Below, in pieces: positions 25,630 to 39,569 of a DNA stretch of 64,000 bases. The notes below the pieces were generated by a model. It had not been told where the DNA came from and did no database searches. It worked only from the letters and a program-made list of their open reading frames with translations. Source of the stretch: Phoronis australis (lineage: Eukaryota > Animalia > Phoronida); NCBI GenBank assembly GCA_002633005.1, contig NMRA01000689.1:62001-126000 (forward strand), in the 5' to 3' direction. How positions within the stretch are numbered: the first letter of the stretch is position 1; each line of letters opens with the position of its first letter. The position numbers and the translations under genes are program-made.

Positions 25630-26785
25630 GTAAGTATTGGGATGTCTTTTCAGTTTCTATTACAATCCTTCTATTGAAGGACAATGGCAAAACATTGGCT
25701 GTTTAATTTTAATTTTCCTCAGCCACAAGGTTTTGCTATAATACGAGAGGTTTGTTTGATTTTTTCACGCATCACACTAACTTCAATTCTTCCCGTGGTA
25801 TTCCTGACATAATGAATCACTTGGTTTTATTTCAGTCATCCTTTAGATTAGTTTTTAAACAGGAAGTGCAGGTTATATTGGTCCACGACCACAAATATCT
25901 CTCCTACATAATTTCCTTTTAACTGCCTGCTACAAGTGGGTTTACATTTACTCTAGATAAGTCCGTTGCTGTTGAAATCCATCACATCTTTTGTGCACTG
26001 AAATTTTTTAAATCAAGGTCATTTGATTGAGGCACACTTGATCGCAATGTATTTTTTCCGACTGCCAGTCAAAACCAAACCAGAAGAATTACGGTAAGCA
26101 TTGAAAGGGAATTGATGAAACTTGAAAATTGATGTGCAATACATGAGTGCTGTACTTTTTTGTGAATAATGTCAATCGACTTTGAACATTAACTATGGAC
26201 TGATTAAAACCACAAATTCGATTATGGAATCTTTCAGTTTTCTGAATGTTGTAACATTTAGAATCACTTGTCACTGTCATCAAAATTGTTCTTTTAAAAA
26301 TGATTGAAATGAATGGCAGTGTTGTGTTTTTGAGCATGTTTGTGAATTTCGTTTCTCAAAAAATATTTCAATGAGAAAAGATCAAACGTCTGCAAAAGAG
26401 TCCAGGCCATGATGAGCTACAGTGTGGCCCAGGATATCATGAAGTTGTTGGATCCATGACCTCTGATTCATCTAATTATATGATTTAGTGAAACATTGAA
26501 GAAATTTTCTCACCCCTTTCTGCTGCAAAATCATACAACAAATAATTGAGATCTATGTTTTGGATGAAATTGCCTTTCATACGTAAAAGCACTATCAGCC
26601 TCTGTCCCACCGGACAGGCACAACCAAATTTAAATTTAAATTTAAATTATTTGTTATTGAGAACTGAAAACTGTCTCTCCTCTACAGTGTTTGTTCTATG
26701 ATGTGAGATACATACCATAAGTATGGCCGTCATTAGATAAGGGTCTGGACATTAGGCGTGTATAGGTAAAAGGCTTTAAGTGCTC

Positions 26786-28098
26786 TCTAGCCTATCATTT
26801 TTTAGTTAATTTAAATCTATTAAACATACAAAAAGTTCTCTTGGCCTTCGGACTATGAAAATACTACTGAATTGGTACAAACGGGAATAAAATGAAAACA
26901 AGAACAAAAACATTACTGGCTGCTCACGACAATGTTGGAAAAATGTCTTTATAAAAGTTTTGTAAAATTGTGAAAATAGCCAACATTGGGAATAAGAATT
27001 GTGATAAAGATGGCACATGTTTCATTAATGCGTTTTGAGCATCACGTAGAGCAGCATGATCTCGTTTGCTGCTATCCAATTAGGGGATACACTGCCTGTA
27101 AGCTGGCCTAGCTGGACGATGTGTCGCGATAAAGTTTAGCAATCCCTTTAGTGGCCTGGACAGCCATGTGTGCCCGACAGCGTTACTTGAAGCTTTGTTA
27201 AAGTTTAACATTGTTAAACTAAAACTGGCTTACTGGTACTCGTCTTTGACAAACTTCAGACAAACTGCTTGTTGGTGTTGGCTCAATGTGATATGTACAC
27301 TTAATAAAAGTTAAAGCTTTATTGGTGCAGTTGCCCCCTGAAAGCGCAGGTCCCACGGTACATGACCTAAGTAGTGTATTACCGTAATCGTTCGGGTTAA
27401 CGCCCTGGGCGGTTAAATTGGCGAACCCAAAAAATCGGGGGTGGGCGGTTAACCAGACATGGGCGCTTAAACGTGAAATTTCAAGAAATCGGGGGGGGGG
27501 CNTCTAGCCTATCATTTTTTAGTTAATTTAAATCTATTAAACATACAAAAAGTTCTCTTGGCCTTCGGACTATGAAAATACTACTGAATTGGTACAAACG
27601 GGAATAAAATGAAAACAACAACAAAAACATTACTGGCTGCTCACGACAATGTTGGAAAAATGTCTTTATAAAAGTTTTGTAAAATTGTGAAAATAGCCAA
27701 AATTGTGAATAAGAATTGTGATAAAGATGGCACATGTTTCATTAATGCGTTTTGAGCATCATGTAGAGCAGCATGATCTCGTTTGCTGCTATCCAATTAG
27801 GGGATACACTGCCTGTAAGCTGGCCTAGCTGGACGATGTGTCGCGATAAAGTTTAGCAATCCCTTTAGTGGCCTGGACAGCCATGTGCGCCTGACAGCGT
27901 TACTTGAAGCTTTGTTAAAGTTTAACATTGTTAAACTAAAACTGGCTGACTGGTACTCATCTTTGACAAACTTCAGACAAGCTGCTTGTTGGTGTTGGCT
28001 CAATGTGATATGTACACTTAATAAAAGTTAAAGCTTTATTGGTGCAGTTGCCCCCAAAAAGCGCAGGTCCCACGGTACATGACCTAAGTAGTGTATTA
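26786..28098. repeat. Direct duplication of 596 bp (26786-27381 and 27503-28098) separated by a GC-rich insert, poly-G and an N
   Basis: Constant 717-bp offset with about 11 substitutions counted by eye. Copy 2 starts immediately after the N at 27502. Confidence 0.95.
27382..27501 (+). mobile_element. Truncated end of a TA-inserted element (Tc1/mariner-pogo-like MITE)
   Basis: Copy 1 reads gtgtatTA|CCGTAatcgttcggg..., while copy 2 reads gtgtatTAcatagc (empty site). Internal gggcggttaa repeats are present and the element is cut off at the N. Confidence 0.6.
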
Positions 28099-28196
28099 CA
28101 TAGCACGGCTCTGAATACAGTGGTCTTTAATTTCAGGCACAAAAATAATGAAAGTTGGCACTTTTTCCATTTTTAAATGACGTGCCAACATTTCTT

Positions 28197-28505
28197 AGGT
28201 ACCCTACAGAGTGATGTGCGGGCACATCATGTGACCTATTAATACAAGTTTGAAAAGATCACTGCCCGGCCGCCCGGGGCTCAAACCCAGGACCTCCGTG
28301 AGGAACCTCTAGTCCACTGAGCCATCGGGATCACTAGTTGAACACGGAAATCTTATCACACTTGGGTTTTGAATAACTTCGCACCAATGCTGTCATTCAT
28401 ATTTATAAAAAATACCCAATTGTAGAAGGTCACGGGTTCGAGCCCTGGTCAGGACAACAATCTTTTCAGACTTATAATTACTAGTATAGCTCTCTAGGTA
28501 CCTGC
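28197..28505. mobile_element. Two divergent tRNA-derived SINE-like units forming an imperfect inverted repeat
   Basis: The minus unit has A box TGGCTCAGTGG and B box GGTTTGAGCCC. The plus unit has B box GGTTCGAGCCC. Both continue atcttttca(a/g)actt(g/a)ta...ctct..agg(g)tacct. Confidence 0.6.
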
Positions 28506-31500
28506 TAAATGAATACACAGAACCTGAATCTGTGATCATGATTCATATTTGCTGAAGATGTACATCCCAAATGTAGTTGAATGACAGATGCAGAGTACAA
28601 AACCATGGTACCAGCAAAGGAAATTATGTGTACTTTTGTCAGATTTTGTGCTGCTCTGTCAGTCATAGAGTGTAGAGTGATGGATGTAGCAACAGAGGTG
28701 CATGCACTCTGTCTACAACATTTGTTGAATGTCTTTAACTACCCAGAGTGGGTATACCACTAAACACCTTGACATTTTGTTACATCTGTTTTGGCTGGAC
28801 AGGTGCATTAGATGTATTAGTTGCCGTCTTTTTTGTGTACTAGTCCAGGGTACGTTCTTCAGAGGCAATAATGTCATAAGAAGTAAGACCACATGAAATC
28901 ACGCGAGTGTAGGGAGATTGTTTCGCAACTATGCTCGAGATCTTACTAAGGGTACTCTAGCAAAATGGCTGCCACTCAAGTGGTTGATAGATGAGGTTGG
29001 AATGTAGAATTACATGATGGAATTCACCGTTTCCGCCCTATAAGGGAAGATTTTTACCACAAATTCCTCGTTAGTGTCTTTGGTCTGCAGTACACATCCA
29101 TGTGGCCCTGACAGGAGCTGTTCTGAACATTTGTGTCTAAAGTCCACAAACAAATTTTACAGTAGATCCAGTCTAGAAACTCCTGTAGAGTGTAGATTTG
29201 GGAATTCACTTGCTGAGGACAACAGACTATACACTGTGTGGTCTATTGTAGATGTAGACAGTGCTTTTTTCGTCATTACCAAAATTTGTGAAAATTGATC
29301 AATTATGTACATAGTGCATGATTTGAGGCCTATCTCTGTTGTTCAGTTTTGGAGTTGTTTAGAATTATATTTGGTGATCACAGGCTGTGAACAGAGCTGT
29401 GTGTGAACAGGCACTGTTTCATCCATACGCCGTGTTCTAAAATATACACAGAAAATTTCTTTATCAAAAACTCTGATCTATTTTGTCTGAGATACCCATA
29501 AAAGCTGTTTAAATTTGGACACACTGTTGTTGAATGTTTTCAAAGTGCGGAGCGTGGCTTTTTTGCAACTGAATTATGTTTGTCCAATAGGAGAAATCTT
29601 TTGCTGAGTGAATTTGTTTTCCTGGTTTGTTTCAAGGGTGGCAGCTGTAGTAAGTTTAAATGTTGATGGTTTTGTGATGTTCTTCATGGATATGTCATGT
29701 TGTCATCATTGTATGATTTAGTCATTTTAGGACTAACTGAACTCTGGCCATGTGTTTTACATTGTGGTTAAATTTATCATATATGGCAGATGTTTTAGAC
29801 AGAAGTAAGGGGTGTGGGGCAGGTCGTGGTGGGGGGGTGGTAGTGCAGGCAACATAAGCTTTTGTCGTTGCACTAATGCATCCCTGTTCTAAAGCTGAGC
29901 TCCATTCTCCTGAAAGATATGTGACCTTTCAAATTTTTCATGGTTGTCAACTTCACCAGACAGTCAAAACAGCATGTAAAAATAAACAGTTGAAATTGGA
30001 AAGTCTTGTCACATCTTGTAAAGTGGTTGTTAAGTTTCTGGGAGCCCTGGTATTGACTTTTTCATACAGTACAAGGCTCCTGGGTCCATGTGTAAGAATT
30101 CTACATTAAACAGTGTCCACCACCTGCAAATAATGTGCTGGTTAACCTTTTGGAGGCTTAGTTGTTGAGGAACGCTTGGGCTTTGAGCTATAATGCCAAA
30201 TTTTTGTTTCATTTCAATTTCAAATGTATGGTCCAGAAAAGCTATAAACAACACTAAGGCACAGAGCACGAGCAATTGGGGATGTAATGATACAAGAAAA
30301 ATTTGATTCGATATGATTTGGTTATTTTTTTACGATTCAATTTTTATGATTCGATTAATAAGAAACTAAAATAAAGCATAAATCTCTTATTTCTACTCAT
30401 GCACACCAGAATATCCATCCACTGATACACTTAAGGCATATATGGTTACATCAGTGAGTGAAACATGGCTAGCTTCAAAGATAGATAAAAAGAGAATGGA
30501 GTCATTTATTCAAGTCAAAAAGAAACAGCCACTATTAGCGTCAGTGAGACCAGCCTTATCGAACTATTCAAATAACAGCTGACATCGCCATAGGATTGAA
30601 ATGCTGTTTGAAGTTTGAAGATCCCCAATGATCGAAGACGATGCTTTGCACAGTTTCTCTTGTTCAGAAGTAACGACAACAGAATTCCAATCAGTCTAGT
30701 GCGATAAGGATGGAGTTTGTGATGGCTAGGTGTTGTTTTTGTTTGACCCCAAAGTAGTTCGCAGATATGTAACTTGATTGGTATGGGTTTATGGTTTCTG
30801 AAGCTTGTAATTTGTTCAAGTTCCTTCAAGAGTAGCGACACCTATAGTCTAGGTGGGTTGAAAAGTGTTATTTACCTAGCTAGCTGGGCAACATCACATC
30901 ATAAGGGCACCCATCAAAGTATGTTCTTAAGCCAACCAGAAAGAAGTAGATAGTGGCTATGTAGTTATTTCCAGTTAGTTATAGTTGGATCATTTAATTT
31001 AGTCCTTCTGGGAATTAGAGAAGTGAACAAGGTTAATTCCTAAGTGACCAATGGGAATCCAATCGTATGAATGAACTCTAATGAAGGCTCACCTATGACT
31101 GTGGCAGGGGGGCACAATGTAAAGTGGGTACTGTACTGCTGACGTGTCACTGAATTGGTAACTTAGTGTGAGATTTTGGTATTAAGATCTTTGGGAAAAT
31201 GCCACCAGCTTAGAAAAGAATAATGGCCAACAATTGAAATTTTATTATCTTATTTTCTCCATGAAGGCTATTTAGCGCCAAATTTATGCTTTTCCTTGTT
31301 TAGGTTCTACACCACAGTTACCATCAGACATCGTTTTGAGAAGTTGGGGGGGGACGTTCATGACAATTTGAAATGCCTTTGAAAAATGATAAAAGTGCAG
31401 TTTTGTTTGAAATTGTTGAGATTTTATGGCTGGTTTTCTCATCCACTCAGGTATGTATATAGTTGGCTCACTTCCATATTTTACACTCAAGATAAACACT

Positions 31501-34500
31501 GAGTGGCAAGCAATACCTCAAATGTTTTTATAACATTTAAAACAAAAAATTTGGCTGGCAATCGCCATAATTTCATCCACTTCCCTGCATCTGTAATCGC
31601 TTGTGAAATGCGGAATACTAACTGTTTGACTACAGATATTACTCGTTTTTGAGTTTTTGAGATGCTGTCAAAATGGCCCACATTTGTTTTGTTAAGTTGG
31701 CATGTACAAAATTCGTTGAATACATGACAATTGTTGACATGTATGAACATATTTTACGCTTTTAGTTATTTACATAGAGCATACGTTTAAAGCTTTGTTA
31801 TAAACAGGGTTGGTACTGTTGATTAGTTTAAGAAAGTTTAGTGAAGTTACTCTGTCCTATACCAGCAGTGCCCCCTAACCAAAGAGTGCGCCCTGTCACC
31901 CCACCCCCCACCCCCAATGTGTTATCATATCTGATAGTGATATCTCAAGTGATATCTCAGTGAGTTACCTCAATGGGTTAGTTCAAACTTTGTTGTTGAT
32001 AAACCAGGAAGTCCTATTTGGAATTTATCACCATTTAGTCTTTTTTCGTATTCCAATTTAGATTTACGTACATACAAAATCATACCTTCTAAGTTTTCAA
32101 ACATCCCAAGTTGGGGTTGCTGGCATAGTTGTGGGCATGTGGGGTTGGTAGAAATATAATAACGGTATTTTTTCCAAAAATGCACAAAAGTGAATGCTGT
32201 ACCGCTTTCGTGTTTCGTGTCGAACATCAAATCAGTCAAATGTTGAATTCTCCCAATGGTACCAGGAAGTGAAACAAATACAAATGCCGTGCTCAACACT
32301 TGGTTGAGTTTAAAAGACACAGTAGAAGCAGACAGGCCTTGCCTAATGACAGTTAAGAACAGGGTGTGACGCCATACACTTGGGGCTCACAATGACGGGG
32401 TTACTTCACCGAATTTTTTAAAGTGGAAACAATTAAGTGAAAGCATTTACGAAGACATTTCGACCTCGCACAAGAACAGCACACACAATGATAGTATGCA
32501 GAACTGTACAACAATGCCAAAATGCATTCCAAGAATGTCCCAAGTTTAGAGGGATGTTAGAGAGTGTCCAGTTTGCAAGCATCCCACCTTTTAAGACCTA
32601 TCAGCCTGGGTGTGACTTTTGTGACCTATGCCAGTAGATGGGGATTGGGAGAAGTGGACTTTTTCAAGATTTTAAGATACAAAAATAACCAAACAGTTTT
32701 CATGCTGACATTCGAAGCAATTCTACCATGGGGAACGCAAACTTGTAGCGAAATTGGCCTGGCTGTTTCAGAGCCTTAGGGGTTTACTGAGTTGTGCGTA
32801 GGGTATTGATATATAGGTAATGGGTTGCATTGTTTTAACTATGAACTTTCTTGACAAAGTGTTCTTGTTAGTTCAAAATCAGTTGTGAAATTGTCTTCTG
32901 ATGTCACAGGAATTGATTGGAGAATTGCAACTGTTCTAATTAACTTTATTTTTTTACCAGTTGCATTTGCAGGCCAAGTTTAACTGGAGTGCCTGGTGGC
33001 AAAATATGGCAGTATTACCCAGTTCTGTCACCAGGTGGAGGAAGTGTAGCTTCATTTGTACAGTCATGTACTTTTATTGTCGTGGTAGTGTCTTGTGTGA
33101 TTTGAGAATGCCCATTTGGCTAAAGCTGTAAATTTAGTAAATACATTGACTGCTCTGTAGTTGTTGATTATAATTGATGTTAAATTCGGGTTAATTTTGT
33201 CTTATTGTGAATGGCTGTTTTATTCTTGATGGGTTCTTTTGTGACTTGTCATACCCTGCTGTGCAGTGTTAATGGTAGAAGAATGTTGAGCAGTGGTGTG
33301 AAGGCATGCCACAGAAGGAAGCCATGCGCTATGGTACAGATATTCCCAGAAAAATGGCCAGCTTCAAAAGGAATTTAAAGCAGCAATAAACCTGTGTCCT
33401 GTCCAAGAAACTTTTGATTTAGACCCTCTTGCCGATATGAAAGTGGTCTCAATTGTACTTTACTCATATGAGATGTGATTTTGGTATCGCTATGAACTGT
33501 GGTGTGTTATTGTTCGCTGTTCTGAGAATAAAATGACACATTGTGACAATTCAACTCCTCTCAGTCAATTAATCACAGAAATCGAAGACTCGTTTTGACT
33601 ACAGAACAAATTGAAACCAATTTCTTAACGATAAGTGGTAAAAATTAAAAAAAATTGTGGAAGACCGCTTTCATCAAGTTTATCTTCCAGTGCAAATAAA
33701 AATTCTCAGAATCATGATTATGAAAATACATCCTCTAGTTGAGAAATGATGACTTTTGAGGTTGTGCTCAGTTTGAGCCCACATCCTACGAGCTGTGGTG
33801 AATGAATGAATGCTTCTCTGAAGATGTCTGACTGTTTTGATCCATCTCCGCTTTCATAAAGTGCGGCAATGTCATGGCAGATACCGCTGCTAATCACCTG
33901 GCCTTGTTAACACACGTCTGCTCTGACTGCTTTGGTTTGAAGTTTGACACTTTCCCTTGTCTCTTCTTTTGCTTGACCTTTCACTAGGCCATGTCAGAAC
34001 AGTTTAATGGACGATGACATTTCATTGCTGCGGTTACAGGTGTAGCTTGGTGAATGCTTTGTGGGCGTACACTTGGATTCGTCATATTTACTGCGCCGTA
34101 AAATCTCACCAGTTTTAAGGAGACAGTATGGCGGACAAGTGAAATTTCGTTGTTTCGTTTTTTTCACGAAATATAATTAGCTTCTAACAAGTGCTTTGTT
34201 ATTTACAGTTGTACGCCACAGCTACTATCAGACACTGTTTTGGGGAATTGTGGGTATTCACAACAACATTAGGTGTCATTAATGAATAAACTGTTATCAA
34301 ATTGGCCATGGTTTTTCTGTCTGGAATTAGTGACATTTGCCTTAGTTGGTTTCACTTTATCTTGTTAGTTAGGGATTTCAGAAGGGAACATCTTTTGTTC
34401 TGATGCGGTGATCCTTTGAACTGAAAATCAGGTTCTTTTACTTATCTCTTGATTGTTTTGGCCGTCTTAGATTGATGTCAAATTGGGTCAGCTCACTTAA

Positions 34501-34780
34501 GACTTATCTACAGTTGGTTGTCTTCCCCTGATAAAAAACCTGGGGAAGTGTTTTGTCAGCGCAGGCCATGGGTTTGTGCTCTTGTGTTTATACTGTGTAT
34601 TTATGGTTCAATGTCTTTGCCTGATAAAAAATTCAGGAAGTGATTTGTTACATAGGCCATAAATGTTGTGCTTTTGTGTTTATAATCATGTATCTTGTTA
34701 TGGCACTGTCCATTTTGGCTAATCATTGTTCTATCATTCACGTGTACATCCCAGTTCGGTTGGTAAACATGTTGATTATA

Positions 34781-35439
34781 GGCCCGTTCACTTGAGAAAG
34801 AGCATTTGCGAAAAAATGCGCAATTCCATTCTGCCAAAATTTTCAGTCTTACGAGTGCTCACGCGACTTGTCAATTCCGCAATTTCTATCAAATGAAAAT
34901 GCCAACTTAAGGAAAAGAATTCACCGCTGACACTAATGTAGCTATTTACAAGGTCTTGTGGTTGAACAGAACTGAATTTTGCCAAGTTTCCTCAAATTTG
35001 TTCCTGATTCTAATGAAAGCCGGTCCATCCTTCTTCGTCCCAGACAGCTGGCCATCCACTACGGCTTCCGGTGCCACAAGCCGATGAGTAACTCAGTCTC
35101 TGCATCAGACCACATTTTGAGATAAGTCAAATTTTTATAGCAAGACAACAGAGATTTTGAGACTTTTTGGGAATAAAAAGGAATTCTTGTACCATGCGCA
35201 GCGCAATAAATGTGTTGTCAATATTTCGTTTTGTGTCGAGTATGCAATGAATAATTAATCATCTAGCATGTGTAAATGACTGCCTCGGCGTCTGGGGCGT
35301 TTTCGGTAATAAAGTCTGCAAAATTTGTGAAACTGGGGTTGCGGTTTTTTTGCGTTCACGCAATAATTTTTTTCCGCAATCCCGATTCCGCAAATTATTG
35401 CGCAAAAATTTCCGCAAAAAAGAGTCGTATGAAAAGACC
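34781..35439. mobile_element. Probable non-autonomous PIF/Harbinger-like DNA transposon
   Basis: Imperfect terminal inverted repeats GGCCCGTTCA / TGAAAAGACC followed by TAA. Subterminal tt(c/g)cgcaa repeats; CpG-rich relative to the flanks. Confidence 0.45.
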
Positions 35440-38400
35440 TAATGACTACAGCTGAAGTGAGTTGAGAGTTGAAGGTGCAATTTGCCTTCTTGAACTAGAA
35501 AATCAAGTTGGGCCTTTTAGTCTCAAAAATCGGTCTTGTAATATTCCTTACCGTAATAGGATTCTATTTCCGTAAATTTTGACAGGAAGCTGTAAAAACA
35601 GGAGAGGTAATCCTGTGTATTTTTCAAGCAAATTTTAAACATAATTTTTACAATGGGACAGGAATTTACCATCGTGGTTTGTTGTTTTAATTAAAATTCC
35701 GATCGTTATCGGTATCATGAAGGCATTGGTGCTGGCACATGCATTGTACGGTATTACACTGACTGTGTAGTGTCCATGTCTGCCAATAGGTGCAACATAA
35801 CTTTCTGGTATCCATGAACCCTTTGGGGACAGGAGTGTGTGTGATATTAATCTTGTGTATTTTTCCTAACATATTTGTGGGATTTCAAGTTACGGTGGTC
35901 TGGAACAGCATTAACATCTCGTTAGGTTGTGTTCCTGGAAGCAAATTGCAAATATTCAATGGAAATGTTGTTGAAATACAAAGCTGCGATTTGCATCATG
36001 TGCCAGTATACATGTACTGTTGATTTGAATTTTAACAGAAATGATTCTCGAGACATGTGCAGACCTAACCAACCCTTTAGTTAGAAATGGAAAATTCAGT
36101 CTTAAAGTGCAGTGACCTCGTGATTCAAATGGTGATTCACTTTATTTTTATATACTGCCTACCCTCATGCTTTGGATTAGTTTATATTGTAAAATAAAAC
36201 CATTCAGCATATATATTGTTTCAATATCTGAGTCATTTGATTACAAATTGATGTACATTGGTTTCGTTGGCCATGTTCAAATTTAGAAGTTTTGGATTAT
36301 TAGATGTTTTGAATCTTTCCTGTTTTGCCGCTTTCATTCATGTTTCATACCATCCTTCTGGTCGTAAATCTTCTTGTATTGTGGAGACTACAGCACCTTG
36401 AATATGGATGTCTTGGTGTTAGAATACATCCTATTGGCTTAATCTCCCACAGAAACAGTAGCCATCCTGCTGCACCGCCTGCTGTTCAGGCTTCTGTTCT
36501 CACTGTTGTCCCAACACACTCTGGTGTCAAGTTGCACGATTTCAATGTGATTGACTTCAGCCAACTGTGCTGTGAGTGTACCACTCAATCTGCCAGTCTG
36601 TGAAACCCATCTGTTGCCATGGTTGTGGACACAGGTTAGGTCCCACTTGGCTTAGTAGTGTGTCATGAACTGAGTGTAAACCACACTGAGTAAAGAAACC
36701 AGTGGTATTGGACTGCGACAGCTGAATTCTTTTCTCTTTAATTTTTACCTGTGAGTGACTTAGTGACAGTTCACAGCTGGGTTGTGGCTTTACGTAGTTT
36801 ACCTTTCCGATTAACATCATTTTTGTTTGCATTAATTGCGTCGGCATTTCGTTGTACTCGTTTTTTTAGTTGGCTTCATGACAGATCAACTCTGGTGGTG
36901 TCTGTAATAGTCCAGGGATTGTGCACCTGAGAGTTGAGACTGACGAGAGTTGTCCAACACAGGCGAGCACTCTTGCCCAACTTGGGCGAACGCTGTCTGA
37001 AATGGAATTATCAAGAGGGAAGTGGGTTAAGATTAAAATGATGTAAGTTGAGTGGAGTTTTGTTGTGCAGACATGAACTAGACTACTGATAATAGCACAG
37101 GCTATACTTGCGATAAAGTTTTTGAAGAGGCCAATGTTAAGGCAAACCTTTGGCCGTTGATACAGACGTCGATGTGTTGCATGAATTTTATTGGATTATT
37201 TCAACTTTGAAAAACAGGCGCGGGCTGATGATTATTAGCCCTGAAATGTGTTGATGTCATTGTTTACTGGTAACTGTGTGTCAAGGCTCTCTACATTGAG
37301 TGGGAATTGGACAGCAGTGAAACGTAGCACACTCTTTGAGCCGAGTTCTGGTGTCTGTCCACTTCACTGGAAAGATTGATGCGATTCTGATGGCATTTTT
37401 GATCACAGGAGGGGCAGAGTGAGGACACAGATGTGAACTGCCAGGCTATTGCCAGACCATAAAAATCTTGATGTCATTAGAGGTAAATGGATTACAGGTT
37501 GCGGCCATGACGACCACTGGCTAAAGAATGGATTGTGAAATGGTCCTAGTTAAATGACTGTGAACTCCCAACGTTTGTACTGGTGTGAAAACTTGTAGCA
37601 ATACGTGGTCCTGCTTTAATTGTCAAGTCTTTATTCGGGAAATGAGAATCGGGTGTGAAGATCAAACAAAAATGCTGGATTAATGTGGTCAGTGTTTTTT
37701 GTTGGTGAGTTGACTGATCTCTTGGGGAAAAGTGTACCAGACTGATTAGAGCGTGTGTATTGCAAGGCTATGTCAAGACATCTTTTGATTTCTCTAGCTG
37801 ACAGCATCATGAATTTTGTCACAGGATAAACGAATATTAGGGCTGCTTCATGACTTAATGCTGTGGGTATTGGTGTGCGTTTGTGCATGACTTTCCCTGT
37901 TGAATCAGGAGTGGAATACTGATATATTACACAGTCATGTATGTGACCTGCAAGCAATAAATGTCAAGGATTGTTACATGAGTGAATGACAGACCAGTTG
38001 AATATACAAGGCCAGTACAGCATTTGTGTGAGTTGAGCTCACTATCTTGTGGGCCATCATCTATATTGATCAGTGAAAACACCACATTGAGTCATCCTGG
38101 CATTGATACTCATCAGGTCACTTTGTTTGGCCACAGCTGGCTTTGTTATGGTTCTGCATGCAAATGTCAACCAGTAGATGCCAAGATTGGCTGGAGGATC
38201 TCGTCTTGGTCTCTGTCTTGGCATAGTGACAGTTTGGTTGATCACTCACTTCCGTCAGCTTGCCAGTGGATATTGTATTGGCTGTCACCAGAGCCGTAAT
38301 CCAACAATGCTGCATAGTTCATGAAAGAAAACAGTTTATTGCTGGTGACTTTCTTGGCAACAATGAGTATTGCTCGGTGTAGTCCTGCTGCAGACTGGGT

Positions 38401-38895
38401 AAAAGATGACAGCCAGGAATTACTGAATAAGAATTCATTCACACTGAAGCCTGGAAACTTTTTCTTACCTGTAGTTGTTGGAATGCAGAGGGACAACAGT
38501 TGATTGGTGTTGAGAGCCAGACATCATTCAACTAATGACATTAGGTAAGAGGAAGGGTTAATGGGCCATTTCTAGATCATTGTGTGGTTTATCTGTGAAT
38601 ACCTGATACCTGATGCCTGCCTCTCGGTTGCATAACCCTGCAGATTTAATTCAGCGTTATTGCCTGTGACCAGATTGTACTACTTACCATATGAGAAAGT
38701 GGAACTTGCGTGTCATAAGAGATTCGTGTTCCTCTGTCACCGAGACACGGACTTTTGAAACATCAAACATATGATCTTTAGCCGCAACCAGGAAGTTGAA
38801 GATGTTAATAAGGATGAGTCTCAATTTGCTGGGCTAGTTCTACATCGAGAAGTATTACAGTGAACATTTCATTCATGCTTTGAGCTGGTTTGGAG

Positions 38896-39569
38896 ATGAA
38901 CAATCACCCCTTCGATGATCATTCTGTCGGATCCAATGCTGAAGTGAGTAATGATGAACACAATAATGTACACAGTGGACACAGGAAACTCTGTCGCCTG
39001 AGCCAGTTGAGTCCACCGAGTGACAAAACCGCAGATCCGCTTAGCAAGATTCAGCTGGTGAAACAGCGCAAAGCATCCCTACCCATACTCCCATTACACA
39101 GGAAGAGTTTTGCCGACTGGCTGGTTGAGGTAGACGCAAGACACCAAGAGAAGAAGGTTCGCCGGCAGAGTTGTTGCCCTCAGCATCTCAACCAGCCTCT
39201 GTACAACGACTCGGACGACTTCGACCCTGTCTACCACCGCACGTGCAGTCAGGGCAGCATGGACGTGGCCAGCTTAGGCTCGTCCTCGGAGAATATGGAC
39301 TGGAAACGGTTGTCCACCGATCACGTAACTGACAGCGTCAGTGACATTCACGAAGAAGACAATTTGTCGAGGAAATTGGACTCTGATGAGGATGACAACG
39401 AGAGTCTCCCATCGGAAACATTTTCTTCGCCATTTAATCGTTTTTCCTGGAAGCATCGTTCTTGGCGGGATCGACCGATGGGTCTGTCGATGGATATACA
39501 TATCCAACGGGAATTGTGTAATGTTCAAGAAGAACTGAAAGACTATTTGGATAAGTTGGATGTTAACAG
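38896..39569 (+). CDS. RAPGEF2/6: Candidate alternative first coding exon B (224 codons, disordered Ser/Asp/Arg-rich N-terminus MNNHPFDDHS...LKDYLDKLDVN(S))
   Basis: Longest ORF in the window, GC- and CpG-enriched like the conserved exons. The first in-frame ATG follows a stop at 38881. The ORF ends exactly at CAG|gtaaat in phase 2, in frame with exon 4. Confidence 0.78.

Noticed and set aside
26786-28098. Genuine tandem gene duplication (twin 70-aa ORFs at 26806 and 27523)
   Set aside because: The ORFs look non-coding and the junction coincides with an N, which points to an assembly artefact.
30285-30360. hAT-like transposon end (ggggatgtaatgatac with gattcgat repeats)
   Set aside because: No matching opposite end or target-site duplication was found.
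38321-38503. ORF resembling a secreted peptide (MKENSLLLVTFLATMSIARCSPAAD...)
   Set aside because: Only 60 aa with no clear repeated cleavage or amidation motifs. It may be a uORF or chance.
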